Source: Antedon mediterranea
Taxonomy: Eukaryota > Animalia > Echinodermata
DNA length: 64,000 bases
Assembly (NCBI RefSeq): GCF_964355755.1
Contig: NC_092674.1
Location: 8,122,001-8,186,000 of the forward strand
Direction: 5' to 3'
The notes beneath the pieces are model-generated. The model ran no database searches and had not been told where the DNA came from. It was given only the letters and a program-made list of their open reading frames with translations. Shown piece after piece: positions 52,532 through 64,000 of this stretch. The translations under genes and the position numbers were made by a program. Numbering within the stretch: the stretch's first letter is position 1; every line of letters starts with the position of its first letter.

Positions 52532-53021
52532 CTGAAAAAGAAACAGAATAAAAAATATAGCACTTCAACATGTGTAAAGTAAAAAAAAGAGAATTTTGTA
52601 TTAAAAAAAAAAAGAATTTTGTATTAAAAAAAATATTGAAACCAGATTAAACAGATAAATCAAAAGATACATTTAATTTAAACAAAATAATTCAAAAAAT
52701 GTCCTTCGAAATCCGTCTGAAAGGAATTAACATAGGATACATATTCCAATGGTAAAATCACAATGAGGTTTAAGGAATAAAGCAAAATTCAAATAAATCA
52801 TATTTGTTACAATCTTTACAGATGTAGACATGGAGAATGGCATTTGCAAACATTAGGAAAGCACATAAAAAATGCCATTTAAAATTTAAATTTGCCACAG
52901 TAAGCTGAATTCGGTTCCCAGACCGTGACACTAAAACCTTTTCAGTATAATAATGCAAATTTTATTTGATATGGAACAGCAGGAATAACAATATATCTAC
53001 TATGTTGAAAATTATAGTTAA

Positions 53022-53647
53022 AGCCCCATTCCCTACGTTTTTTAGATCTAATTTAAGATCACAAACTATATTTAATGTAAAAATAATACTATATGGTCCT
53101 ATTGCGATAACTTTTTTCGTCTTTAAACGGTTAAAAATGTGAAAAATAAATCGATTTTAATAATTATAGCGGCCCGCTATAAATCCCAAAATGCATTGCG
53201 CGCGGATTGATATTGTTGTTTTTCACCTGTAATTCGCCCACTTTTCGATCGATCGTGAAGCCAAAACAAATGGAAGACTCCTAACTTTTCAGCGAAAATA
53301 CCGGGTTTTCCCCAATTTGTATCAACGGAGTCTGGCAAAAATAGAAAGACAATTAATGCAGCAACTATACAACGTCAGGCTAGGTATATAGCTAGCGTAC
53401 GATGTTCGTACGTTACCGATGTTTACCAGCTAGGCCTACAAAACTAAGCCTAGCTAGGCTAGGCCTGAGACCGTCCACGAGAGGTCGATCGCCGCGATCT
53501 ACTTAGGTAGTGCATTGTTTCTCACTTTTTATCATAATTTACCATAAAACGTACATTTAAGACAAGGAATGACATGGTTTAATGTTTTTAAAGTGATATA
53601 TATGTATTATTTTCCAAAAAACGTCCAAAATTGCAGGGAAGGGGTCT
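53022..53647. mobile_element. Kolobok-like non-autonomous element (626 bp)
   Basis: TIR AGCCCCATTCCCT vs AGACCCCTTCCCT; TTAA TSD at 53018-53021 and 53648-53651. Confidence 0.8.
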
Positions 53648-53817
53648 TTAAAGCATGGAGTAAAGAATTAAGTATCATGCTTAAAATACAAGTAAGGCAT
53701 ATAACATGGCCTAGCTTTTATAACAGCTACATCTTAGTATTACAGAGCAAATATAATGTTCTTATATTCAACCTTTTCATTTGCATGAAACTAATAAAAT
53801 GTTAGCCTACTACTTAC

Positions 53818-53874
53818 AGAACTAACACAGCATAAACAGGTCTTCTTAAGTAGCTTTCTCTCCTGTGTGGCCAT
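53818..53874 (-). CDS. dlg1: Candidate alternative first coding exon of dlg, Cys-cluster type (MATQERKLLKKTCLCCVSS)
   Basis: Perfect Kozak ACCATGG, 19 codons, donor GTAAGT in phase 0. Confidence 0.65.
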
Positions 53875-54960
53875 GGTAGTAATGCTTGCTGAATTAGACC
53901 ACCAACAGGCCTAGCTTATTTCTAGGCCAGTTTATTAGCTTAGACAGATGTTACCAGCTTTTACTTCTTTCTCCCATGTACATTAAAAACAATTCAATGA
54001 AGAGCTTGAGGCAAATGAATCATGTATGCCTGTCAAACAAGTAATCTAGCCTCCATGAATACATCAATTTCCACCATGCTTCAATTGAAGCCTATTTCCA
54101 CTCAGAAAAATCTTTCTTCTACAACATTGTTTTAAGTAAAATCTTAAAGACAAGGCAATTGGACTCTTCCATTCTTTAAATAGGGGACAACTTTAATCAT
54201 TGTTTCAAAATGTGTTTCAAATCTAAAATATGCATTGTTTATCACCTATCTTATTAAATAATCTAACCCTCTAATTACCTTTCAAAGAAACTACATAACC
54301 TACTCAATTGTTATAAATAAATTTAAAATTCTGTCTAATTTGTCCGAGAGATATGTAATATATCCCACCCGAGGTAAATGTAAACACAGAGTCTAATTAA
54401 AGATTCCTCCGAATGAATAACTTGAGCGCGTTTTCACATAGTAAATTACATGTATGTAGGTTCTTTATCTTCATTACACAGCATGTATAAATCATAGACA
54501 AACCGTATGTCTTGTTAACGAAATACTGTTTTTATACCTACCGTATATTTCGGTGTATAAGTCGCACCTGTGTATAAGACGCACCCCCAACTGAGAGTAA
54601 AATATCGGTATTTTTTATATCGTCGATGTATAAGACGCACCTTATATTTCACCAAAACATCATTTTTTAAAATTTTAATCAATATCATTGTAATAATATA
54701 TTTTGTTATATCTACAACGGCGTCCTTTATTTAGGTTTTTTCTTACCTAGGCTCGGCCGCGCCCAGCCTCAATAAGTTCTTTCTAACTTGTTATTCATGA
54801 GTTTCGCCGCAACATCGAGTGCATGACCGTGTGTGTAACACGCACGTGTGTGGGCTAGCCTCGCTCGATCATTTCGAGAGGGCGCACGTTTTCACGGACA
54901 ATCGTATTCGATTAGTATCTATGTATCCGAGAAGTGTGTACGCTAGGTCCATGCTATAAT

Positions 54961-56651
54961 CGGTTCTAGGACACCTACCCCCTAGACAGTTACCCCCCGG
55001 ATGTTTACCACCCGGACAACTACCCCCTTAGGACAACTACCCCCCGGACAACTACCCCCCGGACAACTACCCCCCGGACAACTACCCCCTTAGGACAACT
55101 ACCCCCTTAGGATAACAACCCCCCGGACAACTACCCCCCGGACAACCACCCCCTTAGGACAACTACCCCCTTAGGATAACTACCCCCCGGTCAACTACCC
55201 CCCGGTAAACTACCCCCCCCCCCCCAATCCAAAAGTAGACAAAAATATAGGACGGTTTCTGTAAAAATGAAATCATCTGTTTTTAACGGGTGTTTCGAAA
55301 CTAGAGACCCGAGACCAGAGACCTGACACGAGACCCAATACGAAAAGGGAGACCTATATTTGGGTCTCCCTTTTCGTATATTAGGGTCTCCCTTTTCGTA
55401 TAGTGTGGTCTCTCTTTTCGTATAGTGGGGTCTCCCTTTTCTTATAGTGAGTCTCCCTTTTCGTATATTTAGATTTCCCATTTCGTATATTTTGGTCTCC
55501 CTTTTCGTATATTTGGTCTCCCTTTTCGTATATTTAGGTCTCCCTTTTCGTATATTAGGGTCTCCCTTTTCGTATAGTGGGGTCTCCCTTTTCGTATAGT
55601 GGGGTCTCCCTTTTCGTACGTGGGTCTCCCTTTTCGTATATTTAGGTCTCCCTTTTCGTATTGGGTCTCGGGTCTCTGGTCTCTGGTCTCGGGTCTCTAG
55701 TTTCGAAACACCCGTTTTTAACCGATTATTCTGTTTAACAGCACGCTAGACCCTAGATGTGCTAGATTTAAAGTACCGTATTTATTGAAAAAAGGGCCTG
55801 GGCTGTTTATTGTTTAGGTGGTTTTTAGGTGGACATTTATTGGAAGAAAGTTGTTTATTCAATGGGAGGGGGTATAATCTAATGGAAATAGATGCCGATT
55901 ATTCCATATGATGTTTCATAGGAGTGACATGGTCACCGTTTATTTGAGGGGAATTTATTTAAAGATCGACGTTTATTCGGTGAGTGAACATTGAGGTCAA
56001 ATATCAAAAGTGATATTATTCTTCAAGTGTACAAAAATACATATATGACAAATTTGAGACAAAAATTAATTCTTTTAAGACCAGTGGTTATCGAAGCATT
56101 GTCCTGACGCAAAAATTATTATTATTATTAGCGAACCCAGTCTTTACAGTAAATACATGGAGTACTATATAATACGTTCGACTATCCTATGATCATGTGT
56201 GACAATCTTCAGTTTATACCACCAGGCTATATTTATGTTCAATCTTTTACTTTTGTTTACAATAATGAATAGTAATTCGTCAAAGTAACGAATTAAAATA
56301 TAGTTATTAATTAATAGTTGCAGAGTCAGGTTGTTGAATGGTCTGGGTGGTTAGGGTGTTCTAAAGGGATAGTTTTCTGGGTGGTAATTGTCCGGGGGGT
56401 AATTGTCCGGGGGGTAATTGTCCGGGGGGTAATTGTTCCTAGGGGGTAATTGTCCGGGGGGTAGTTGTCCAGGGGGTAGTTGTCCTAAGGGGGTTGTTGT
56501 CCTAAGGGGGTAGTTGTCCGGAGGGTATTTGTCCGGGGGGTAGTTGTCCTAAAGGGGTAGTTGTCCTAAGGGGGTAGTGGTCCAGGTGGTGGTTGTCCGG
56601 GGGGGTAGTTGTCCGGGGGGTAAATGTCCAGGGGGTGAATATCCGGATACG
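54961..56651. mobile_element. Foldback-type element with long inverted arrays of GGACAACTACCCCC units
   Basis: GCTATAAT duplicated at 54953-54960 and 56652-56659 (8 bp; 9 bp if the next C is included); mirrored C-rich and G-rich 15-17-bp arrays at the ends. Confidence 0.88.
55288..55713. mobile_element. MULE-like MITE with a 9-bp TSD and internal GGTCTCCCTTTTCGTATA repeats
   Basis: TIR GGGTGTTTCGAAACTAGAGACCCGAGACCAGAGACC; GTTTTTAAC duplicated at 55279-55287 and 55714-55722. Confidence 0.9.
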
Positions 56652-58163
56652 GCTATAATCACCTGGAGAATATACTAGTCGAATACCGTACACCATGTGG
56701 CCACCAAAAGAAGGGCTTGCGCTTGGGGTACGGCGATCGTGCGTATAACTACTGTATAAATAAATACTATTCCAATCGTACATAAACGTTTACAAATGAA
56801 ATTTTATCGGAGCGCCATAATGAACAAATCTTTTCATCATATTTAGTATAACATCATGCTAAAATTACTTGAAAACTAGGCAGAAGCAGGTTGCCGTTAC
56901 GTTAGTTAGTTACTGTAGCTAGGCCTAGCCTACTCAGGCCTAGCAAACGAGGTGACGATAGCCTAGGCCTATGTACAATCTGTGTGGTGAGGCATTTATG
57001 TTCGGTGTATAAGACGCACCCTTAATTTAGAGGTCAAATTTGCGTGTCAAAAGTGCGACTTATACACCGAAATATACGGTATATAAATTTACCATTATTT
57101 ACTTGAATGAAACACTATCATAATTATCAATGATTGTACTAACAATGTGACAATTATGGTAGTTAGATGTAATAGGAAAATAGGTACAAATCATATCATA
57201 TACTATAATTCATAATGATTTAGAACACATAAAATGTTCATAGAACTTTTCTATACTGTACTAATTAATACACATAATAAGGCATAATAATAAAGAAAGG
57301 TTTGGAAAAAAAGGTAAAGCACAGATGATCCCTTTTCCTAACTAGAGGTCATACAGGTCACCTTGTTCGTTAATACCAGGTAAACACGCTTAGCTTACCT
57401 ACAAGCTCGCAAAGCTATTTGTCCAGCTTGTACTGTGGTACAACATCCAGAAATATATGCGATACAATATCATTTTTTTAACTACTGTAGCAATAGGACT
57501 TCCCGACTCACATATGAAGTCCATTACTCAACCACATTAATCATGTCATCACTATACATTTGGCCAGAGAAATTTATTGTATAACGCGCAACGTATCACC
57601 ATAGCAACAGTGGACAGAGATGCAAAGAATGCTATAAGCATGTAGGCACATCATACATCATATTAATCAGAAGTAAGTAATCCATAACAAACCCGTCAGT
57701 CACCAGTTTAATAATGGATGTTGTATCTTCCAACCACTCTAGAGGAAAAAACACTTACCAAGAACGTCGCCGCCTCACTATCTCTCTATCTAGCCTACTA
57801 CAGTAAAATTGTCACTACCTTTAACTATCGGCAGTTGAAGCTTCTTTATAGTCTTAGTTTTATAGCCACCCTTAACTTCATCAAAATGGATTCGCTTGAA
57901 AAAACTTAATAATCATAAACAATATTTACTATCTATTTTATATCTTCTGTCAAACTTGCAAAAAAGGAAGATCACTCTATACTATAGTATAGTAGTCTAA
58001 GGGAGCGTTTATACAACACGCCTATTAGTTATTACACACACATTCAAAGATGTTGATTTTCACGCCCTCTACAACAACATTACACAAATTAAAGACAACT
58101 TTTGAGTGTTGTTCAAAGGAATCAATTTGTCATAATTTTGACAGTTATCGTGAAATTGTTTAG

Positions 58164-58432
58164 CGAGTGCGTGGCCAAGCAGTTAAGACAGTGGAACCAT
58201 AATACGTAGCCATAATTCAAGTTTCAAGTTTATTGTAAATATAATATCGGCAAGGGTTCAAGGCTTACTCGATCCATGGTTCTGGTGGTAGAACGAGACT
58301 TCATGGATACAAACTATACTATAAACCGTAGGTCCAGTGTACACATCTGGCTCATGTGCACTTTAAAGAACCTAGTACATCTTTTGAGATGAGTAGGGGG
58401 TTATCCCACTGTACTAGTTCACACACAGCCAC
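58164..58432 (+). mobile_element. tRNA-derived SINE family 2 copy
   Basis: TGGCCAAGCAGTTAAG A-box, GGTTCAAGGCT B-box, shared core GCACTTTAAAGAACCTAGTAC. Confidence 0.75.
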
Positions 58433-59202
58433 AATCTTAGACTGATAAGACATTATCATTACAATATATGATTAAATAAACAAAATAATTTTTTTAAATA
58501 AACAGTATAAGTAATTTTGTAGTAAATTCAAGGACATTTTTATTAAATTTTTTTTATTTGTGACGACGAGTCTAAAAGTTACAGATATGGTTTTAAGATT
58601 TAGATTTATTTTACAGTTACCTTAAAAATAACAGCCTAACAAAATAACTTTGAGCAACCAATATTTAGTAGTGGTATGTAATATTGAAATCAGTAGTGAA
58701 CAATCTTAAAGGCTAACAACTCATTAACCTAAATCAATAAACCACTTATGGGATGTCATTAATTCTATAAAGAGAAAATAGCAACAAGATCAGATTACTC
58801 TTAGAACATCCCTACATGTAAAATGGAATGACCAAGATTTTAAGTTGCTTGCTTTTCTTAAGCAAGCAGCTGTGAATTACACTAAATACTCTACATGCCA
58901 TAAAGACTCTGTCATGTTGAGGTCAAAGGTCACAAAGTTATACCAGGAATATATTATCAATATTTTTAAAAATGAATAGGAAAAAACAAATATTAATCTA
59001 GTATGGCTTTTACATAGCCAGATGGTAATATTGATGGTACAAAAAAAAACATGATTAAGAAGAGCCAATCAAATAAAAGCCTGAGGAAATAGGCCAATCG
59101 TAGTATAGTGATCTGATCATGTGACTGGAACCGATCTATATTCAAATTGATGTGACAACTTGCAACCAACTTAACTTTTGACCTATTGCTTAAAAAGTTG
59201 TA

Positions 59203-59519
59203 AGATGTATTGTCCCCCCAAAACAGACTTTAAATAGGCCATTTTGCAGTTTTCATTTTCACTTCTGTAAACAAAAAAACCCAAATTATTTCACTTATAA
59301 AAAGACAAAAGAAACGGGTAATTTTAACCAAAAACCATTGTCTTACAGGCAATTTAAGTATTTTTTGCTTTAAATTACATTTTTTTCAGAAAAATATTTT
59401 TTTTTCTGATCCAGTTTTAGTCAAAATGAATATAACTATTATGCGACATTAAAATGGAATATTCAACAAAAATATTTTTTTTTTCATTATTTGTTTAAGG
59501 GGACAAATATACAGTATCT
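59203..59519. mobile_element. Kolobok-like MITE family B copy
   Basis: AGATGTATTGTCCCC left end; GGGGACA...ATCT-TTAA right end. Confidence 0.78.
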
Positions 59520-62127
59520 TTAATATTTTCCTATATTGAAAAATTATGATAAGAATAATATAGTTCCACAGTATAATAGTATGCCATCTTCTTTTTCATG
59601 CACTTCGGACAGTAAGAGATCCTATTTTTGACAGACTATTAATATTACAAAGTTAGCACTATCCAATTTTAAGAATCCTGTATCCGTCCCTGACAGTTTA
59701 ACTACTGCAATACCTAATTGCTCTTGTAATACATTTACATTCGAGATTTACCTGCTTAGATATCAACTTTATAGTCTTTGGGACGTTAAAACCATTGCTT
59801 CAACAGGTTATAAAAGATAGGCTTACAAATTAATTATGAGATAAACTTTTGACAGAGCCAATTTAAAAACAAGAAATGACATTCATCCCCAAAGATCGTC
59901 ACAAGATTATCGGGTGAAGGAATTAAAGTTCAAAAAACTCATCCAAAAGAGTCGTATAACCTTTGATAATCATCACTCTCGAAATGCATCTAATAGCTGC
60001 GAGACATTACAGTTGCAAGGATAAGTTCTCCGACCGGTTTTCAAAAGCAAATCAGCAGAGTACAGAAATTATTTGTTTTTACTGGCCAAAATCAGCGTGT
60101 TGACATTTAACGGACACTGAATTTGACATCGCTGAGCTACAGTACAACCTGTTTTATTTACTTTTAAACTTATAACTGGACCATTTTGGAAAGCAGTACT
60201 GCGTTACTGAAAATGCAATCCAGTCAAAAGAAAGAATAAATAAATAAATAAATTGTTTGTTCATTTAGAATATGGCAGAATAATTGAAATAAACAAATTG
60301 AATTTAAAAAAATGAATAATTATTCTTGACTCACAGGTATAAGAGAGGAATTATTGAAAATGGTAGAACAATTGAATTGAACAAAATTAAATCTAAAGAA
60401 TTAGTGTTGAACTAGGGTAGATCAAAATTTGGACGGTACTGTAGTTTCCAGAAAAAAGTAAACATTTTTGCCATTTACGTATTATTGACAACATACTGTA
60501 TATTAAAACAAATGTATTCAAAAAGAATGTTATTCATAAATCAATCGAATATTCCAAGGTGATTTGTTATCATACATCAATTGAGGACATTTTAAAAGTT
60601 TTCATAGGTAGTGTGCTTATTGCTTGGAATTAAATGACAAAAAAATTGTTTTAGTTCAATATAAATTACATAAGAACGCATTAATGTTACATTATTGTTA
60701 CTTTTAATAACAGAGTTATGGTGAATCATAAAATAAAAAAGTATCTGAACGTGTGTGTTTACATCATCAAATGTCAAACAGGTAAAGTTTACATGATAAC
60801 CACTGTCCTCCTTCCCAACTACAATACATTATTTTAAAGTGTGGGTGGGATGAGGGACATGGTCCCTTTTCACATTTCTGTAAAGCAGTTTAATTGTGAA
60901 CTGTCAACAACCCTGTTACCTACAGTACTGTATTCTTCTTCCTTGATTATACTGTAACCAGTTATTAATGGCATTCCAAAATACAATAAATTATGGGTTT
61001 TCAACATTTATTTTGATAACGTCATTTCAGTTATTATTCATACACTATTTATTAAACTTCAAGAAACGGTCAATTTTTGTAATTTGTAATAAATTGTAAT
61101 TAAAACACAAGTATAACTTTGTATTCTGTTTTTTTGTAAGCAATTAATTATTCAACAATCATCTGCATTTAACGAGTAGTCGTGGAAACATATAAATGCA
61201 TTACATTACAATTATATTCTGCACTCGTTAGTATCCAGTAGTGATGCATGTAAATGTATGCAATGTACAATAATATGCATTAAGACTACCCAGCTATCAA
61301 ACACACAATGACTGAATTGCATAGATATCTGTACACATAAATCACAAGTCAGAATAAGAAAATGTGTGCACTAATATTATACTATAGTTGTATGTACTGA
61401 GACAAAGACCTACATACAATTTATGTACATGAATCAAATAGACAGTTTATGTACTCTATATTATTACGTGTGTGCACCTAAAGAAATACGCTAAACTGTA
61501 TAAAAACGTGCCCATAAAACCGCCAAATACTGGATAAAGTATATGCAAGCACATATGAACGTACTTGTAAAGATGTGGACCACTTCTGAAATTTTGTTTG
61601 AACTGGATAACGTGATTTGAGGGTATAAAGTTAAAAAGCTTGAACCTCATGCCAGATGCGTGGGACATGAAATGGTGCAGTATAATAATAAACAATATAT
61701 TAACTGCATATTATCATACAGATAAATCCACAGTATCCTTGTCTCTGTACTTCTAACACTATACATACCCACAAATTAAACCCTATATACACATTTCAAA
61801 CCTAATGTAAAATACAATTTTCGGTAGATAAAAATAATATATCAATACTCTTGTATAAATTTCCAATTCAACCATGCAAACACAACACAGGATACAAATT
61901 ACCCATTTCTACTAGACTAGACTACACTACCATACCATAGTAGTACAGTAGTATGCATGTTTAATATAATATTACCTACAAATAACAACGCACCTATTGT
62001 TAAAAGCTAATCAATAAATGCATTGATAAATATATTTGTGAGTTCATATTATATCTAAAAACTGCAATACTGTATAAATAAACAATTTTGTTTTATGCAT
62101 GTAATTATTATTAATATAATTTCATAC

Positions 62128-62199
62128 CTCCACTTCGTCCTGTTCTGGTGGATGGTGGTACTTATTATTTTTAAACCAGCGTACTCTTAAGCCAGCCAT
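62128..62199 (-). CDS. dlg1: Candidate alternative first coding exon of dlg (MAGLRVRWFKNNKYHHPPEQDEVE)
   Basis: AAGATGG start after a GC-rich leader, 24 codons, donor GAG|GTATGA in phase 0. Confidence 0.65.
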
Positions 62200-63561
62200 C
62201 TTGAAAGCAGCCACCGCGGTAGCAGCACACTCGTCCTAGATGATATTATTTATTGATTCTATGACAGTTCCTCTCAACAATAGAAATATCATCACACTTT
62301 TACTCAGTACAACTTCGCTAAAAGGGATATGCTCAGTCACCTGTCAGCATTATTGAATCAGATGGTATCAGAATGACTGTGTAGTGCCGGCCAAGCTTCC
62401 GATATGAACAACGTATAACAATAATAATCACTCGTGTATGCAGGCTTGCTCGCCAATGATAATTAAGCAATGGTTATTATTGTGGCAGTATAACAATGGA
62501 ATCAATTGCGTTTGATGATGTCGAAGTCTGATCAAGACACTAATTAGTCAAAGTGGAAAGGATTTTAATCAAAGGAAGAGGCTTAATTTAATCTCTTGGA
62601 TAATTTTATAAATTGGTTAAAATCTTCTATTTTTATAATATTATAATTGTTTATTTTTATCGTTAAATTATAATAAATGTGAAATTAATTAGCCATCAGA
62701 TTAATTTATAAATTTATACAATAATAATAGTATTTGTGGATAGTGTACTGTAGGCTATTCATCTTCAAAATATGCTCATATTTAATAGGTTATTTTCTGT
62801 TACTGTATATCCTTGGGTATAATCCAACTTCAGGTTTAATCCCGCCTCTTCCCCCTCCCCCTTATTTTATGTTTAACAAAAAGCAAGCCTCTTGGTCTGG
62901 ATGTAGCCATCTCTCTAGCCAATTCAGATGAGTTTTTACAAAAAAATGCATTTTTTATCCTGAACCAGGGTTTCCCCGGGTATAGTCAGTCCAACCTCAC
63001 AAAGTCGGCCCAATTTTGTGTTCTAGGTGGATGGGATTATACCAGAGGGTATACAAGTCAAATTGCAAATTGCACCCAGTTTTGAGGATTAAAAGATGGG
63101 GACAGACAGGTTTGCATACAATGTGGTCATCAACATTAGTCATTGCTGTGTGGACAAAGTCTACATACAGTGTCCACTCAGGTGGAGCATGTACAATCAA
63201 TTGCTTTATAAATAATTCTGAATTATTCATAAAGATCTATTAAATCAAAATACATCCAGAATCTGAATATTTATAAATACAGTATAGTAGCAAAAAAATC
63301 ATAAGAATAATCAATATATAATATAAAATTTGTTTTCGTTTTAACTGATTCTTTAAAAAAATTGATAATGTATTTTTTATTTCATCTTGATCCATCTGAA
63401 AAAATAATTTAATTAAATTTAGAACAAATCTTTGGAATGTGATTTTTTATTTATGTCATTCATTTTTGGGTATTTCTAAACCCCGCAAAACAAAAAAAAA
63501 ACATAGCACACCCAATCGAACCAACAAAAATGTTACTGAATTGTGTGTAGTGTACTAGTAT

Positions 63562-63872
63562 ACAAATAATGAATGTTTATGAGTGCAATGGTACAAATAA
63601 TGGCACGAGGTGAATGATGAAAGGTTATATCAACGAGGCAAAGCCGAGTTGATATAACCTTTCATCATTCACCAAGTGCCATTATTTGTACCATTACACG
63701 AATACAAAACATTCATTATTTGTTTTATATAACATCTAGACGTTTTTTTTTCGTACACAAAAATGTTTCAAAAAGTACTATTTAACGATCGTTGAATAGT
63801 GCGTACTATTGCACGCCATGTGACCCACATTCGTCCAATCAAATGACAGGAATTTATATAGGTGTTATATAA
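63562..63872. mobile_element. Palindromic non-autonomous element (possibly Crypton-like)
   Basis: ~73-bp-arm hairpin at 63562-63723 around GAGGCAAAGCCGA; second inverted pair TTATATAACATCTA / TAGGTGTTATATAA; 3' fragments recur at ~4003-4055 and ~45234-45291. Confidence 0.6.
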
Positions 63873-64000
63873 TACTACTTATACACACTATGTCATTGTC
63901 AATTTGTAAAATTTAAATTTTCTTTTACTGTTTTGGTTTAAAATAATTGCCAAACCCCGCCTTTTAGCCTTTTTTCTACAACTTTTAGGTTGTTTTTTTT

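Larger units (their letters stand above)
54541..57079. mobile_element. Second, inverted copy of the CCGTA Tc1/mariner-type element, split by nested insertions
   Basis: Same perfect TIR and TA TSD; 54541-54960 and 56660-57079 are the reverse complement of 32692-33546. Confidence 0.93.

Noticed and set aside
61456-61695. 79-aa ORF with a hydrophobic stretch as another first exon
   Set aside because: Only a weak CAC|GTAATA donor; no family resemblance

Overview
AT-rich, intron-dominated animal genomic DNA (an invertebrate; the exact taxon cannot be determined from sequence alone). The whole window appears to lie inside one minus-strand Discs-large (dlg1/PSD-95-family MAGUK) gene. Nine phase-consistent GT-AG exons between 20715 and 1104 encode the N-terminal PEST-like segment, PDZ1, PDZ2, a Pro/Gln linker and PDZ3. 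SH3-GK must lie beyond position 1, and no L27 exon was recognised. Upstream (21.8-62.2 kb) are at least five short ATG-to-donor phase-0 segments that look like alternative first exons; two are Cys-rich and resemble palmitoylated PSD-95/PSD-93 N-termini. The introns hold many non-autonomous DNA transposons (Harbinger-, Tc1/mariner-, Kolobok-, hATw-, MULE- and Crypton-like), two tRNA-derived SINE families, a three-level nested insertion, and a ~2-kb 22-bp satellite that expanded inside a MITE next to a splice donor. Comparing repeat copies shows TA sites repeatedly expanded to TACAGTA, TACTGTA, TACATA or TAGCCTAGGCCTA, suggesting these abundant motifs are transposon excision footprints. Most ORFs in the supplied track are spurious or repeat-derived.
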